A stretch of DNA of 64,000 nt from positions 4,425 through 68,424 of the forward strand of contig JAAWGR010000006.1 in the NCBI GenBank assembly GCA_022795445.1, given 5' to 3'. This document shows, piece by piece, positions 18,783-26,834 of this stretch; within the stretch, counting starts at the first letter, position 1, and each line of letters starts with the position of its first letter. The notes under the pieces are model-generated. The model did no database searches and was not told the origin of the DNA. It was given only the letters and a program-made list of their open reading frames with translations. Source of the DNA: Oscillibacter sp. (lineage in GTDB: Bacteria; Bacillota; Clostridia; Oscillospirales; Oscillospiraceae). The translations under genes and the position numbers were made by a program.

Positions 18783-19783
18783 AAGCAGTTGTGTTGGGCA
18801 GCGGCGGCTGGGGGACGGCGCTGGCGCTGGTTCTTTGTGATAACGGGCATGATGTGACGCTATGGTCCCATAACCCCGCAAAGGCAGAAAGTATATGCAA
18901 AACACGGGAAAACCCTTTGCTAAAGGGTGTTAGCCTGCCGGAGAATCTCAAAATTGTAAGCGATTTGGACTGCCTGGAGGGGGCGGAGTTGGTTGTGTGT
19001 GCAAGTCCATCCTTCGCTGTGCGGGAGACAGGGCTGAAGGCTGCGCCGCATCTGAAACCGGAGACCGTTTTGGTAACAGTTTCTAAGGGGATTGAGCGGG
19101 ACACAAACCTCCGCATGAGCCAGATTTTGCAGGAAACCACCAAATATCAATGTAAAGTGGTTGCGCTTTCGGGGCCTTCGCACGCAGAAGAAGTGGGGCT
19201 TCGTCTGCCAACGGGCTGTGTTTCAGCGTGTCCGGACCGAACGGCGGCACGGTTTGTGCAGGACGCCTTTATGAATGACTGCTTTCGGATTTATACGAGC
19301 TATGATATCATCGGCGTAGAGCTGGCGGCGGCGTTGAAAAATGTCATTGCTTTGAGCTGCGGCATATGCAGCGGCTTAGGGTTTCAGGATAACACGAAAG
19401 CGCTTTTGATGACCCGGGCCATGGCGGAGATCACGCGGCTAGGTGAGCAGTTGGGCGGTACGCGCCGGACATTTGGCGGCCTGGCAGGTATGGGCGATTT
19501 GATTGTAACATGTACGTCGATGCACTCCCGAAACAACCGGGCAGGGATTTTGATTGGGCAAGGAAAGAGTGCGAGCGAGGCTATGGAGGAAGTAGGCGCG
19601 GTTGTAGAGGGCTATTATGCGGCGGAAAGCGTTCACCAGCTGGCGGAACGGGAGGGAATTGAGATGCCGATCTCGCAATGTGCGTATGAGATTTTGTATC
19701 AAGGGAAGCAGCCAAAGGATGTGGTTTCCGAGCTGATGACCCGAGCCAAGAAGGATGAATTGCTTGAGACAACATGGCTGTAA
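18779..19783 (+). CDS. gpsA: NAD(P)H-dependent glycerol-3-phosphate dehydrogenase
   Basis: GTG start at 18779 gives VKAVVLGSGGWGTALALVL (Rossmann fold) and overlaps the plsY stop. The 78-codon upstream extension in the ORF track lies inside plsY and was rejected. Confidence 0.9.
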   Translation: MKAVVLGSGGWGTALALVLCDNGHDVTLWSHNPAKAESICKTRENPLLKGVSLPENLKIVSDLDCLEGAELVVCASPSFAVRETGLKAAPHLKPETVLVTVSKGIERDTNLRMSQILQETTKYQCKVVALSGPSHAEEVGLRLPTGCVSACPDRTAARFVQDAFMNDCFRIYTSYDIIGVELAAALKNVIALSCGICSGLGFQDNTKALLMTRAMAEITRLGEQLGGTRRTFGGLAGMGDLIVTCTSMHSRNNRAGILIGQGKSASEAMEEVGAVVEGYYAAESVHQLAEREGIEMPISQCAYEILYQGKQPKDVVSELMTRAKKDELLETTWL

Positions 19784-19813
19784 AGTAAAATGAGCAGCCG
19801 GATTCCCAATAGA

Positions 19814-19839
19814 AATGCCCTGCCAAAAGGCAGGGCATT
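19814..19839 (+). terminator. Rho-independent terminator after gpsA
   Basis: Hairpin AATGCCCTGCC-AAAA-GGCAGGGCATT. Confidence 0.7.
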
Positions 19840-19908
19840 TAAGCAACTAGGGAAACTTGTCAAAAATCCGTGGCAGTAACAGCAGAAGGAGCAAATAACC
19901 AACGACAA

Positions 19909-20059
19909 CCACCGCAGAGCGACAGCGGCGGCAGGAGCAGAGTCAAATCAGTGTGGGCTTCTCGTGTACAGAAGCACCATCTGGCAGCAAGCACGGCATC
20001 CCGCAGCGCTCTTTTCTCTGGCGAGAGAAGAGAAATGGGGGCCTTCAAACCTTCCAGCT
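19909..20059. repeat. Conserved intergenic element, copy A (second copy at 30398-30579)
   Basis: Shares CCACCGCAG..AGCGACAGCG, a 19-nt identical run CAGAGTCAAATCAGTGTGG, CTTCTCGTGTA, and a second block (TTCTCT-GGCG-AGAGAA hairpin + ATGGGGG + CCAGCT) with copy B. The element is non-coding in at least one copy. Confidence 0.7.
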
Positions 20060-20100
20060 ATGGAATGGCTGAAATAAAACGTACCACACTGGATGGGTAA

Positions 20101-20128
20101 AAAAAGAAGCCCCAGGGCAAAGCCCTGG
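20101..20128 (-). terminator. Rho-independent terminator after rpmB
   Basis: Stem CCAGGGC-AAA-GCCCTGG. On the minus strand it is followed by CTTCTTTTT. Confidence 0.6.
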
Positions 20129-20144
20129 AAGCTCTTTTAAGGAA

Positions 20145-20333
20145 TCAAACCGCACGGGTTACTTTGCCGGAACGCATACAACGCGTGCAGACATACACGT
20201 GGCGGGGGGAACCATTGACAATCGCTTTGACGCGTTTCACATTGGGCTTCCAGGGACGGTTGGAACGCCGGTGAGAGTGAGAAACCTGAATGCCAAAGGT
20301 CACGCCTTTGCCGCAATACTCGCACTTAGCCAT
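20145..20333 (-). CDS. rpmB: 50S ribosomal protein L28
   Basis: MAKCEYCGKGVTFGIQVSHSHRRSNRPWKPNVKRV..., 62 aa from ATG 20333. The longer ORF to 20417 is an upstream read-through. Confidence 0.95.
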   Translation of the reverse strand: MAKCEYCGKGVTFGIQVSHSHRRSNRPWKPNVKRVKAIVNGSPRHVYVCTRCMRSGKVTRAV

Positions 20334-20471
20334 CCGCTGCACCTCCCTGCTGCAAGAAATCTGTACTTGCCATACAAGCACGAAACTTATGATAACAGAA
20401 TCTTGCCGAAAATGCAAGAAGATTTTTCAAAAAAACTGAAGTTTTTTCTCGAAGGGAAAAGGCAGAAGGTG

Positions 20472-20500
20472 TTGCGGAATTGCAGAAGTTCATATATAAT
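20472..20500 (+). promoter_or_regulatory. Candidate SigA-type promoter for the hprK operon
   Basis: TTGCGG, a 17-nt spacer, then TATAAT, about 100 nt upstream of the hprK ATG. Confidence 0.45.
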
Positions 20501-20606
20501 GTAGGAGCGCGAAAGCGATTGGGCTTCTTTGGGGAAGGCGACGCTGTGCGTACGCCCGTATGGGCGGGATGGCCCTTATCGAAGGCCGGAAAGGGATGGA
20601 ATATGC

Positions 20607-21536
20607 ATGCAAGAAAATGGATTAAAACTCAAAGAGTTTATCACCCAATTTGATTTGGAGGTACTCAACCAGGGAAGCGACTTTGATTCCGCCCGGCTCA
20701 CTGTAACGGATATCAACCGGCCCGGCCTCCAGTTCCACGAGTTTTATGATTACTTCGATCCCCGCCGCTTGCAGGTGGTTGGCAAAGCGGAGGTAACTTA
20801 TCTGAAAAGCCTGTCTGCCACACAGCGGCGCAAGTGCTTTGATGACCTCTTTATGTACGACATTCCTGCCTTGGTGATTTCCAGAGGTTTGGACTGCTTC
20901 CCTTGCTGTTTGGAAAGCGCTGTCGAACACGAGCGGACATTGCTCCGCACTTCGGAGACAACAGCAGCTTTCACGAGTCGGGTCATTGACTGCCTCAACC
21001 GTGTCCTGGCCCCTTGCATCACTCGCCACGGCGTCCTGTTGGACATCTATGGCGAGGGCGTTATGATTACTGGTGATTCCGGTGTGGGCAAGAGTGAAGT
21101 TGCGATTGAATTGATTATGCGTGGTCACCGTCTTGTGGCGGACGACGCGGTAGAGCTGCGGCGGTTTTCCGGCCAGCTGACTGGTTCGGCTCCGGAGTTG
21201 ATCCGCAACTACATTGAGCTGCGAGGCATTGGTGTGATTGATGTGCGGCAGTTGTTCGGCGTGCGGGCAATCAAAAACGATGCTATTTTAGACATTGTAG
21301 TTCACTTTGAGCCGTGGGACAGCAGTAAATTTTATGATCGTATGGGTATTGAAGAACATTTTATTGATATTTTGGACATTGAGGTACCAACTGTCACCAT
21401 TCCCGTCCGGCCGGGCCGAAACCTGGCCAGCATTGTGGAAGTGGCAGCAATGAATAACCGTTACCGGAAATTTGGTTACAATGCGGGGCAGGAGCTTGCC
21501 AACCGGGTAGATTCCTGGGTGGATGGAAGAAGATAG
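20607..21536 (+). CDS. hprK: HPr kinase/phosphorylase
   Basis: Walker A region GVLLDIYGEGVMITGDSGVGKSEVAIELIMRGHRLVADD and the capping motif IELRGIG. Start at ATG 20607 (MQENGLKLKEF). Confidence 0.95.
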   Translation: MQENGLKLKEFITQFDLEVLNQGSDFDSARLTVTDINRPGLQFHEFYDYFDPRRLQVVGKAEVTYLKSLSATQRRKCFDDLFMYDIPALVISRGLDCFPCCLESAVEHERTLLRTSETTAAFTSRVIDCLNRVLAPCITRHGVLLDIYGEGVMITGDSGVGKSEVAIELIMRGHRLVADDAVELRRFSGQLTGSAPELIRNYIELRGIGVIDVRQLFGVRAIKNDAILDIVVHFEPWDSSKFYDRMGIEEHFIDILDIEVPTVTIPVRPGRNLASIVEVAAMNNRYRKFGYNAGQELANRVDSWVDGRR

Positions 21537-21550
21537 GAGGATATACGATT

Positions 21551-22492
21551 ATGTACATCGGAATTGACGTGGGCGGAACCAACTTAAAGGCCGGTCTTGT
21601 GGACGAGAACGGAAAAATCCTGGCAGCAGAGCGGATGCCCTTGGGCGAGTTCCAAGGCGAAGGCGCACTGGCAAACTCTTTAGTGGATTTGGCGGAAGCC
21701 ATCCTGCAATCCAGCGGAACGGATCTTAAGGATATCCGGCATGTTGGCATTGGAATTCCCGGTGCGGTAGCTGGCGGCGACGTCTTGTATACTTGCAATA
21801 TCCCCATGCGCAATGTGCCGCTTGCGGAGCTGTTCCAACGGCGTCTGGATGTGCCGGTATTATTGGAGAACGATGCAAACTGCGCCGCTGTCGGCGAGTG
21901 GATCTGCGGTGCGGGCCGCGGGGCCAAGGACTTTGTTATCATCACTTTGGGGACTGGCGTTGGCGGCGGCTTGATTCTCAACGGCAAGCTGTATACTGGC
22001 GGCGGGATTGTAGGCGAAGTAGGCCATATGGTTATTGAGAAGAATGGCGAACCCTGCAATTGCGGCCGCCGGGGCTGTTGGGAGGCGTATGCTTCTGCAA
22101 CAGGCTTGATTCGTATGACGAAAGAAACGATGAATGAGCATCCGAACAGCAAGCTATGGGCAGTCACGCTGGAAAACGGCGGTGTGGACGGTCGTGCAGC
22201 GTTCCAGGCGGCAGAGCGGGAGGATGCACCAGCTAAGGCGCTTTGTAAGAAATATGTTGAGTATTTGGGCGCAGGCGTGACAAATTTGGTGAACATTCTC
22301 CAGCCGGAGATTCTGGCGGTAGGAGGCGGTATTGCCGGCGCGCCGGAAGCCCTTTTGATGGAACCGCTGCGGGATCTGGTGGCCCGGGAATGCTATCCGC
22401 GTCACGCGGGTAAATTGCCGAAAATTATTCCGGCAGAGTTGGGCAACGACGCGGGCATTATTGGCGCGGCGCTGCTGCATCGGGCGGTTTGA
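21551..22492 (+). CDS. glcK: ROK family glucokinase
   Basis: IGIDVGGTNLKAGLVDENG, the ROK signature, and the zinc motif CNCGRRGCWEAYAS. Confidence 0.9.
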   Translation: MYIGIDVGGTNLKAGLVDENGKILAAERMPLGEFQGEGALANSLVDLAEAILQSSGTDLKDIRHVGIGIPGAVAGGDVLYTCNIPMRNVPLAELFQRRLDVPVLLENDANCAAVGEWICGAGRGAKDFVIITLGTGVGGGLILNGKLYTGGGIVGEVGHMVIEKNGEPCNCGRRGCWEAYASATGLIRMTKETMNEHPNSKLWAVTLENGGVDGRAAFQAAEREDAPAKALCKKYVEYLGAGVTNLVNILQPEILAVGGGIAGAPEALLMEPLRDLVARECYPRHAGKLPKIIPAELGNDAGIIGAALLHRAV

Positions 22493-22505
22493 GGACGGAT
22501 TTTAA

Positions 22506-23441
22506 GTGACAGGAGGCCCTTTTGTGGATTGGGTAGCGGAGTTTGACCGGAGGGTATTGGAATGCCCCCGGACGATAAAAATTGTCTCGGAGGAGCCGAT
22601 GCACCGGCACACCTCTTTTCACATCGGCGGACCGGCGAAGCGGATGGCTTTTCCCAGTGATACGGGGGAACTGGCGTTCCTGCTCCATTTGGGTCAAGAT
22701 TGCGGAGCGCAGCCTTTGGTGATCGGCAATGGCACAAACCTGCTGGTTTCTGATGAGGGGCTTGACCGGCTTGTGATCGAAACCTCTAACGTTAACCTCT
22801 TGGAGAGCGGAGCTGAGCCGAACGATGTTACAGCGGCGTGCGGCGTTCCGCTAGCGCGGCTGGCGGATTTCGCTTGTAAGCATGGGTTGTCAGGGCTGGA
22901 ATTCGCCCATGGCATTCCAGGGACCGTCGGCGGTGCTGTGTGCATGAACGCTGGGGCCTATGGCGGTGAGATGAAGCAGGTGCTGATTGGTGCGTCCGTA
23001 CTGTTTCCAGGAGAGAAGCCGCAGTTTCTTTGGGTGGAGGACTTGAATCTTGGTTATCGGCATAGCTTGTTGACTGAACATCCGGAGGCTGTAGTTTTAG
23101 CGGCAAATTTCCGTCTAACGCCCGGAAACCCTGAAGAAATCCGGGAAAAAATGCGAGATTTGATGCAGAGGAGAAAAACCAGCCAGCCCTTGGAGTGGCC
23201 CAGTGCGGGCAGTACCTTTAAACGGCCGGAGGGCCATTTTGCAGGTACGCTCATTGACCAGTGCGGCCTGAAGGGTCTGACGGTCGGCGGAGCGCAGGTG
23301 TCGGAGAAGCATGCGGGATTCATCATTAACTGCGGAAACGCTACTTGTGCCGACGTACAGGAATTGATCCGTCAGGTTCAAGAGCGGGTGCTTACAGAAA
23401 CCGGCGTTCGGCTGGAGCCGGAAGTCCGCATTGTACACTAG
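22506..23441 (+). CDS. murB: UDP-N-acetylenolpyruvoylglucosamine reductase
   Basis: HTSFHIGGPA and GNGTNLLVSD (FAD-binding domain), with a C-terminal SAGSTFKRP. The GTG start at 22506 is uncertain by a few codons. Confidence 0.9.
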   Translation: MTGGPFVDWVAEFDRRVLECPRTIKIVSEEPMHRHTSFHIGGPAKRMAFPSDTGELAFLLHLGQDCGAQPLVIGNGTNLLVSDEGLDRLVIETSNVNLLESGAEPNDVTAACGVPLARLADFACKHGLSGLEFAHGIPGTVGGAVCMNAGAYGGEMKQVLIGASVLFPGEKPQFLWVEDLNLGYRHSLLTEHPEAVVLAANFRLTPGNPEEIREKMRDLMQRRKTSQPLEWPSAGSTFKRPEGHFAGTLIDQCGLKGLTVGGAQVSEKHAGFIINCGNATCADVQELIRQVQERVLTETGVRLEPEVRIVH

Positions 23442-23471
23442 GACGTCGTGTGGAATTGATAGGAGGCAGCC

Positions 23472-24332
23472 ATGGAAATACTGATTATCTCCGGCCTGTC
23501 CGGCGGCGGAAAGAGCAAGGCGGCATCGTTTTTAGAGGATATCGGCTTTTATATTGTGGATAATATGCCTGCCGCTATGATTTTGAAATTTGCGGAGTTT
23601 TGCGCCGGAGGCAACGGACGTTATGACCGGGTGGCTCTGGTTTACGACGTACGGACAGCAAACACATTCACAGAGCTGTTTGAGGTGCTGGATACGCTGA
23701 AAGCCAAGGGTGTCTGCCGGATGCTGTTTTTGGAGGCTTCACCGGAGACTGTGATCAAGCGTTATAAGGAAACCCGCCGCCGCCATCCCCTGCGGGATGA
23801 TGTAGATTCCCTGGCGGAGGCGGTCCGGCAGGAACGGGAACTGATGGAACCGATCAAAGCGCGGGCGGATTTTGTTATTGATACCTCGAACCGTTCCACC
23901 GCCCAGCTTCGGAGCGAGTTGTTGTCGCTGTTTGGCTGCGAGGGGGAGAAGGGCGGCATGAGTGTCAATGTGACCTCCTTCGGATTCAAGTATGGTTTGC
24001 CGCTGGAAGCAGATTTAGTGTTTGATGTACGCTTCATGCCAAACCCGTTTTACGTGGAAGAACTGCGCCATCAGACAGGCTTGGACCGGGCGGTGGCGGA
24101 TTATGTGTTGAGCTTCCGACAGAATCAGGATTTTTTGGCGCGCCTGAAAGATCTCATCGGCTTCACCCTTCCTCTGTATGCAGAAGAGGGCAAAACTGGG
24201 CTGGTTATCGCGGTCGGCTGCACTGGCGGTCACCATCGTTCCGTAGCGGTCACCCATGCATTGACGGAATTTATCCAGAGTCAGGGTTACCGTGTCTCAG
24301 AGAATCACCGGGACATGGAGCGGGAAAGCTGA
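23472..24332 (+). CDS. rapZ: RNase adapter protein RapZ (YvcJ)
   Basis: Walker A GLSGGGKS, and C-terminal GCTGGHHRSVA. Confidence 0.9.
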   Translation: MEILIISGLSGGGKSKAASFLEDIGFYIVDNMPAAMILKFAEFCAGGNGRYDRVALVYDVRTANTFTELFEVLDTLKAKGVCRMLFLEASPETVIKRYKETRRRHPLRDDVDSLAEAVRQERELMEPIKARADFVIDTSNRSTAQLRSELLSLFGCEGEKGGMSVNVTSFGFKYGLPLEADLVFDVRFMPNPFYVEELRHQTGLDRAVADYVLSFRQNQDFLARLKDLIGFTLPLYAEEGKTGLVIAVGCTGGHHRSVAVTHALTEFIQSQGYRVSENHRDMERES

Positions 24333-24341
24333 GGTGGGATC

Positions 24342-25394
24342 ATGGAATCATATCGAATTCCCCGGAGGAATGGGCCAAAAATTGCCGTCATCGGCGGCGG
24401 ACACGGCCTGTCCAATATGCTGCGGGGCTTGAAAGAATATACCGAAAACCTGTCTGCTATCGTGACGGTAGCGGATGACGGCGGCGGTTCCGGCGCACTG
24501 CGGCAAGATTTGGGGATGCCCCCTCCAGGGGACATCCGCAACTGCTTGGAGGCTCTTGCCAATACAGAGCCGCTGATGAGCGAGCTGATGAGCTACCGCT
24601 TCCAGGAGGGTACTCTGGCGGGCCAAAGTTTTGGTAACTTGTTCATTGCAGCACTGAACGGCATTTCCCCCAGTTTTGACGCTGCCGTCCGCCGCATGAG
24701 CGAGGTACTGGCAATTACAGGCCGTGTCCTGCCGGTGACGACTGCTGATGTGCAGCTGGAAGCAGAGTTTGAAAATGGCGCGTCGGTTGTGGGCGAATCG
24801 AAAATTTTTTATTGTAAGAAAAAAGAGGACTGCCGCATCACACAAGTGCGTCTTCTGCCGGAGCGTCCCAAAGCGCTGCCGGAGGCTTTGGCGGCAATCC
24901 GGGAGGCTGACATGATTGTCCTGGGACCGGGGAGCCTCTACACCAGCATCATTCCGAATCTTTTGGTAGATGGCATTGTAGAGGCAATCGAGGCCTCCAA
25001 CGCGCTGAAGATTTATGTCTGTAATGTCATGACCCAGGAAGGGGAAACCGAAGGTTATACCGCATCCGACCACATTGCAGCCATATTTAAACATTCTACA
25101 AATGGCCTGTTCCATCTGTGCCTGGCGAATTCCTCGCCAGTGCCGAAATATGTGGCCGCCCGTTATGCCGAGGAAGGTGCGGAGATGCTGAAATATGATG
25201 TCGCTCGCTGCGCTGCCTTAGGAGTGGAGCTGGTGAGCCGCCCCATTGCAACGGTGGTAGACGGGTATGTGCGCCATCATGCGGAAAACCTTGCGCAGGA
25301 GCTGATTTTGCTTCATGCGGAGCGGAGCGTCCGTATTGCTGGGGGCCATTATGACCGTCAGCAGGACGCTTACCAAGTAGAGGAGAAAAAGTAA
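24342..25394 (+). CDS. yvcK: Gluconeogenesis factor YvcK (CofD-like, UPF0052)
   Basis: IAVIGGGHGLSNMLRGLK and GPGSLYTSI motifs, in the conserved rapZ-yvcK-whiA order. Confidence 0.9.
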   Translation: MESYRIPRRNGPKIAVIGGGHGLSNMLRGLKEYTENLSAIVTVADDGGGSGALRQDLGMPPPGDIRNCLEALANTEPLMSELMSYRFQEGTLAGQSFGNLFIAALNGISPSFDAAVRRMSEVLAITGRVLPVTTADVQLEAEFENGASVVGESKIFYCKKKEDCRITQVRLLPERPKALPEALAAIREADMIVLGPGSLYTSIIPNLLVDGIVEAIEASNALKIYVCNVMTQEGETEGYTASDHIAAIFKHSTNGLFHLCLANSSPVPKYVAARYAEEGAEMLKYDVARCAALGVELVSRPIATVVDGYVRHHAENLAQELILLHAERSVRIAGGHYDRQQDAYQVEEKK

Positions 25395-25437
25395 TGCGTC
25401 ATGCCGGACAAAACATACCAAGAAGAAGAGGTGTCCG

Positions 25438-26379
25438 ATGTCGTTTTCTTTTGAGACAAAGAATGAATTGTGCCGTCTGCCAGTGCAGAAGCTGTGTTGT
25501 GCCCGGGCAGAGGCGTATGGCATTTTGCTCTACTGCCATACCTTCCGTTCTGATGAGGTTCGGATTATTACGGAAAACCTCAATTTTGCAGCTCGCCTGC
25601 CAAAATTGTTCCGCCGTGCCTTTGATGTGGAGTTTGACCGCTGTCCGGACATTTCCGGCAGTTTCAGCGGCGGAGTAAAGTTGGTATTCCAGATTACCGA
25701 GCGGGAAAAGCTGGACCATATCATTAACCTTTTGGGATATGACCCCCGGCAGAACCTGGCCCTGCACATCAACTTCGCCATGGTGGAGGAGGAGTGCTGT
25801 CGGGCAGCGTTTCTGCGGGGCTGCTTTTTCGCTGGCGGGAGTATGACGGACCCATCTAAGCGGTATCATTTGGAGCTGACCAGTTCCCATATGCAAGCCA
25901 GCCGGGAGCTGGAAGTTCTGCTGCGAGAGTGTGGATATCCGCCTAAAAGCGTGGCACGGAACAGCAGTTTTGTGACGTACTATAAACAAAGCGGACAGAT
26001 TGCAGAGTTCCTCAAGTGGATCGGAGCGCCGGAGGCAGCGGTAGAGATGCTGTCGACCAAGAAGGAAAAGGGGCTGCGGAACAGCGTCAACCGACGGCTG
26101 AACTGTGACAGCGCCAACTTAGACAAAGCGGTTGAGGCTGCCCAGGGCCAGATGGAAGCCATCCGAAAATTGAAAGCCGCGGGTCTTTGGGAACAGATGC
26201 CGGACAAGCTGCGTGAGACAGCCGGCCTGCGTTTGGAATATCCAGAACTGACCCTTTCGGAGTTGGCGGAGGAGTTTGACCCGCCGGTCACCAAATCCTG
26301 CTTGAACCATCGGCTGCGAAAAATCCTGGCCCTTGCGGAAGAGCTGAAAGAAATATGTAAAAAAGAGGAAGAGAGGTGA
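25438..26379 (+). CDS. whiA: DNA-binding protein WhiA
   Basis: MSFSFETKNELC start, a LAGLIDADG-like middle region, and a C-terminal HTH (LTLSELAEEF...SCLNHRLRKI). Confidence 0.9.
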   Translation: MSFSFETKNELCRLPVQKLCCARAEAYGILLYCHTFRSDEVRIITENLNFAARLPKLFRRAFDVEFDRCPDISGSFSGGVKLVFQITEREKLDHIINLLGYDPRQNLALHINFAMVEEECCRAAFLRGCFFAGGSMTDPSKRYHLELTSSHMQASRELEVLLRECGYPPKSVARNSSFVTYYKQSGQIAEFLKWIGAPEAAVEMLSTKKEKGLRNSVNRRLNCDSANLDKAVEAAQGQMEAIRKLKAAGLWEQMPDKLRETAGLRLEYPELTLSELAEEFDPPVTKSCLNHRLRKILALAEELKEICKKEEER

Positions 26380-26814
26380 GTGAAAATAGATCGTTGTGCA
26401 TTCGCGTACCAGCTGCATCGCCAAAAGAACAATTGTGCCCAGGCAGTGGCCGGAGCATTTGCGGACTTGGCGGGTTTTTCTGTGGAACAGGTTACAGGGC
26501 TTGCTGTTGGGTTTGGCGGTGGAGTCGGTGGAAGCCATGCGGAACTATGTGGAGCGATCAGCGGCGGCATACTAGCTCTGGGCCTGCTGTATCCAGGCGA
26601 CAAACGGCGGTGCTACGCTTTAAGCAAAGAGTTCCGGCGCCGTTTTGCGGAAGTTTTCGGCAGGACCTGCTGCGGCGAGCTGCTGAAGGCCCGCCCTGGC
26701 GTAAGTGAACAGACCCCGGCTGCGAAACGACTGGGTATCACTGCCCATTGCAGCATTATGGTAGTGACGGCGGTAGAGCTGCTGGAAGAACTTTTGCAGG
26801 AACATCCAGAATAA
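26380..26814 (+). CDS. C_GCAxxG_C_C family redox-active protein
   Basis: 144 aa with NCAQAV, CGAISGG and C-terminal CC / HC cysteines. The GTG start directly abuts the whiA stop. Confidence 0.7.
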   Translation: MKIDRCAFAYQLHRQKNNCAQAVAGAFADLAGFSVEQVTGLAVGFGGGVGGSHAELCGAISGGILALGLLYPGDKRRCYALSKEFRRRFAEVFGRTCCGELLKARPGVSEQTPAAKRLGITAHCSIMVVTAVELLEELLQEHPE

Positions 26815-26834
26815 AGAGAGAAGGGGGAGGGCTT

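Noticed and set aside
19870-20100. 76-aa ORF on the plus strand, plus a 62-aa minus-strand ORF at 19860-20048, inside repeat copy A.
   Set aside because: The second copy of the element (30398-30579) conserves the nucleotide sequence but not either reading frame: stops and a 31-nt indel intervene. Conservation is therefore at the DNA/RNA level.
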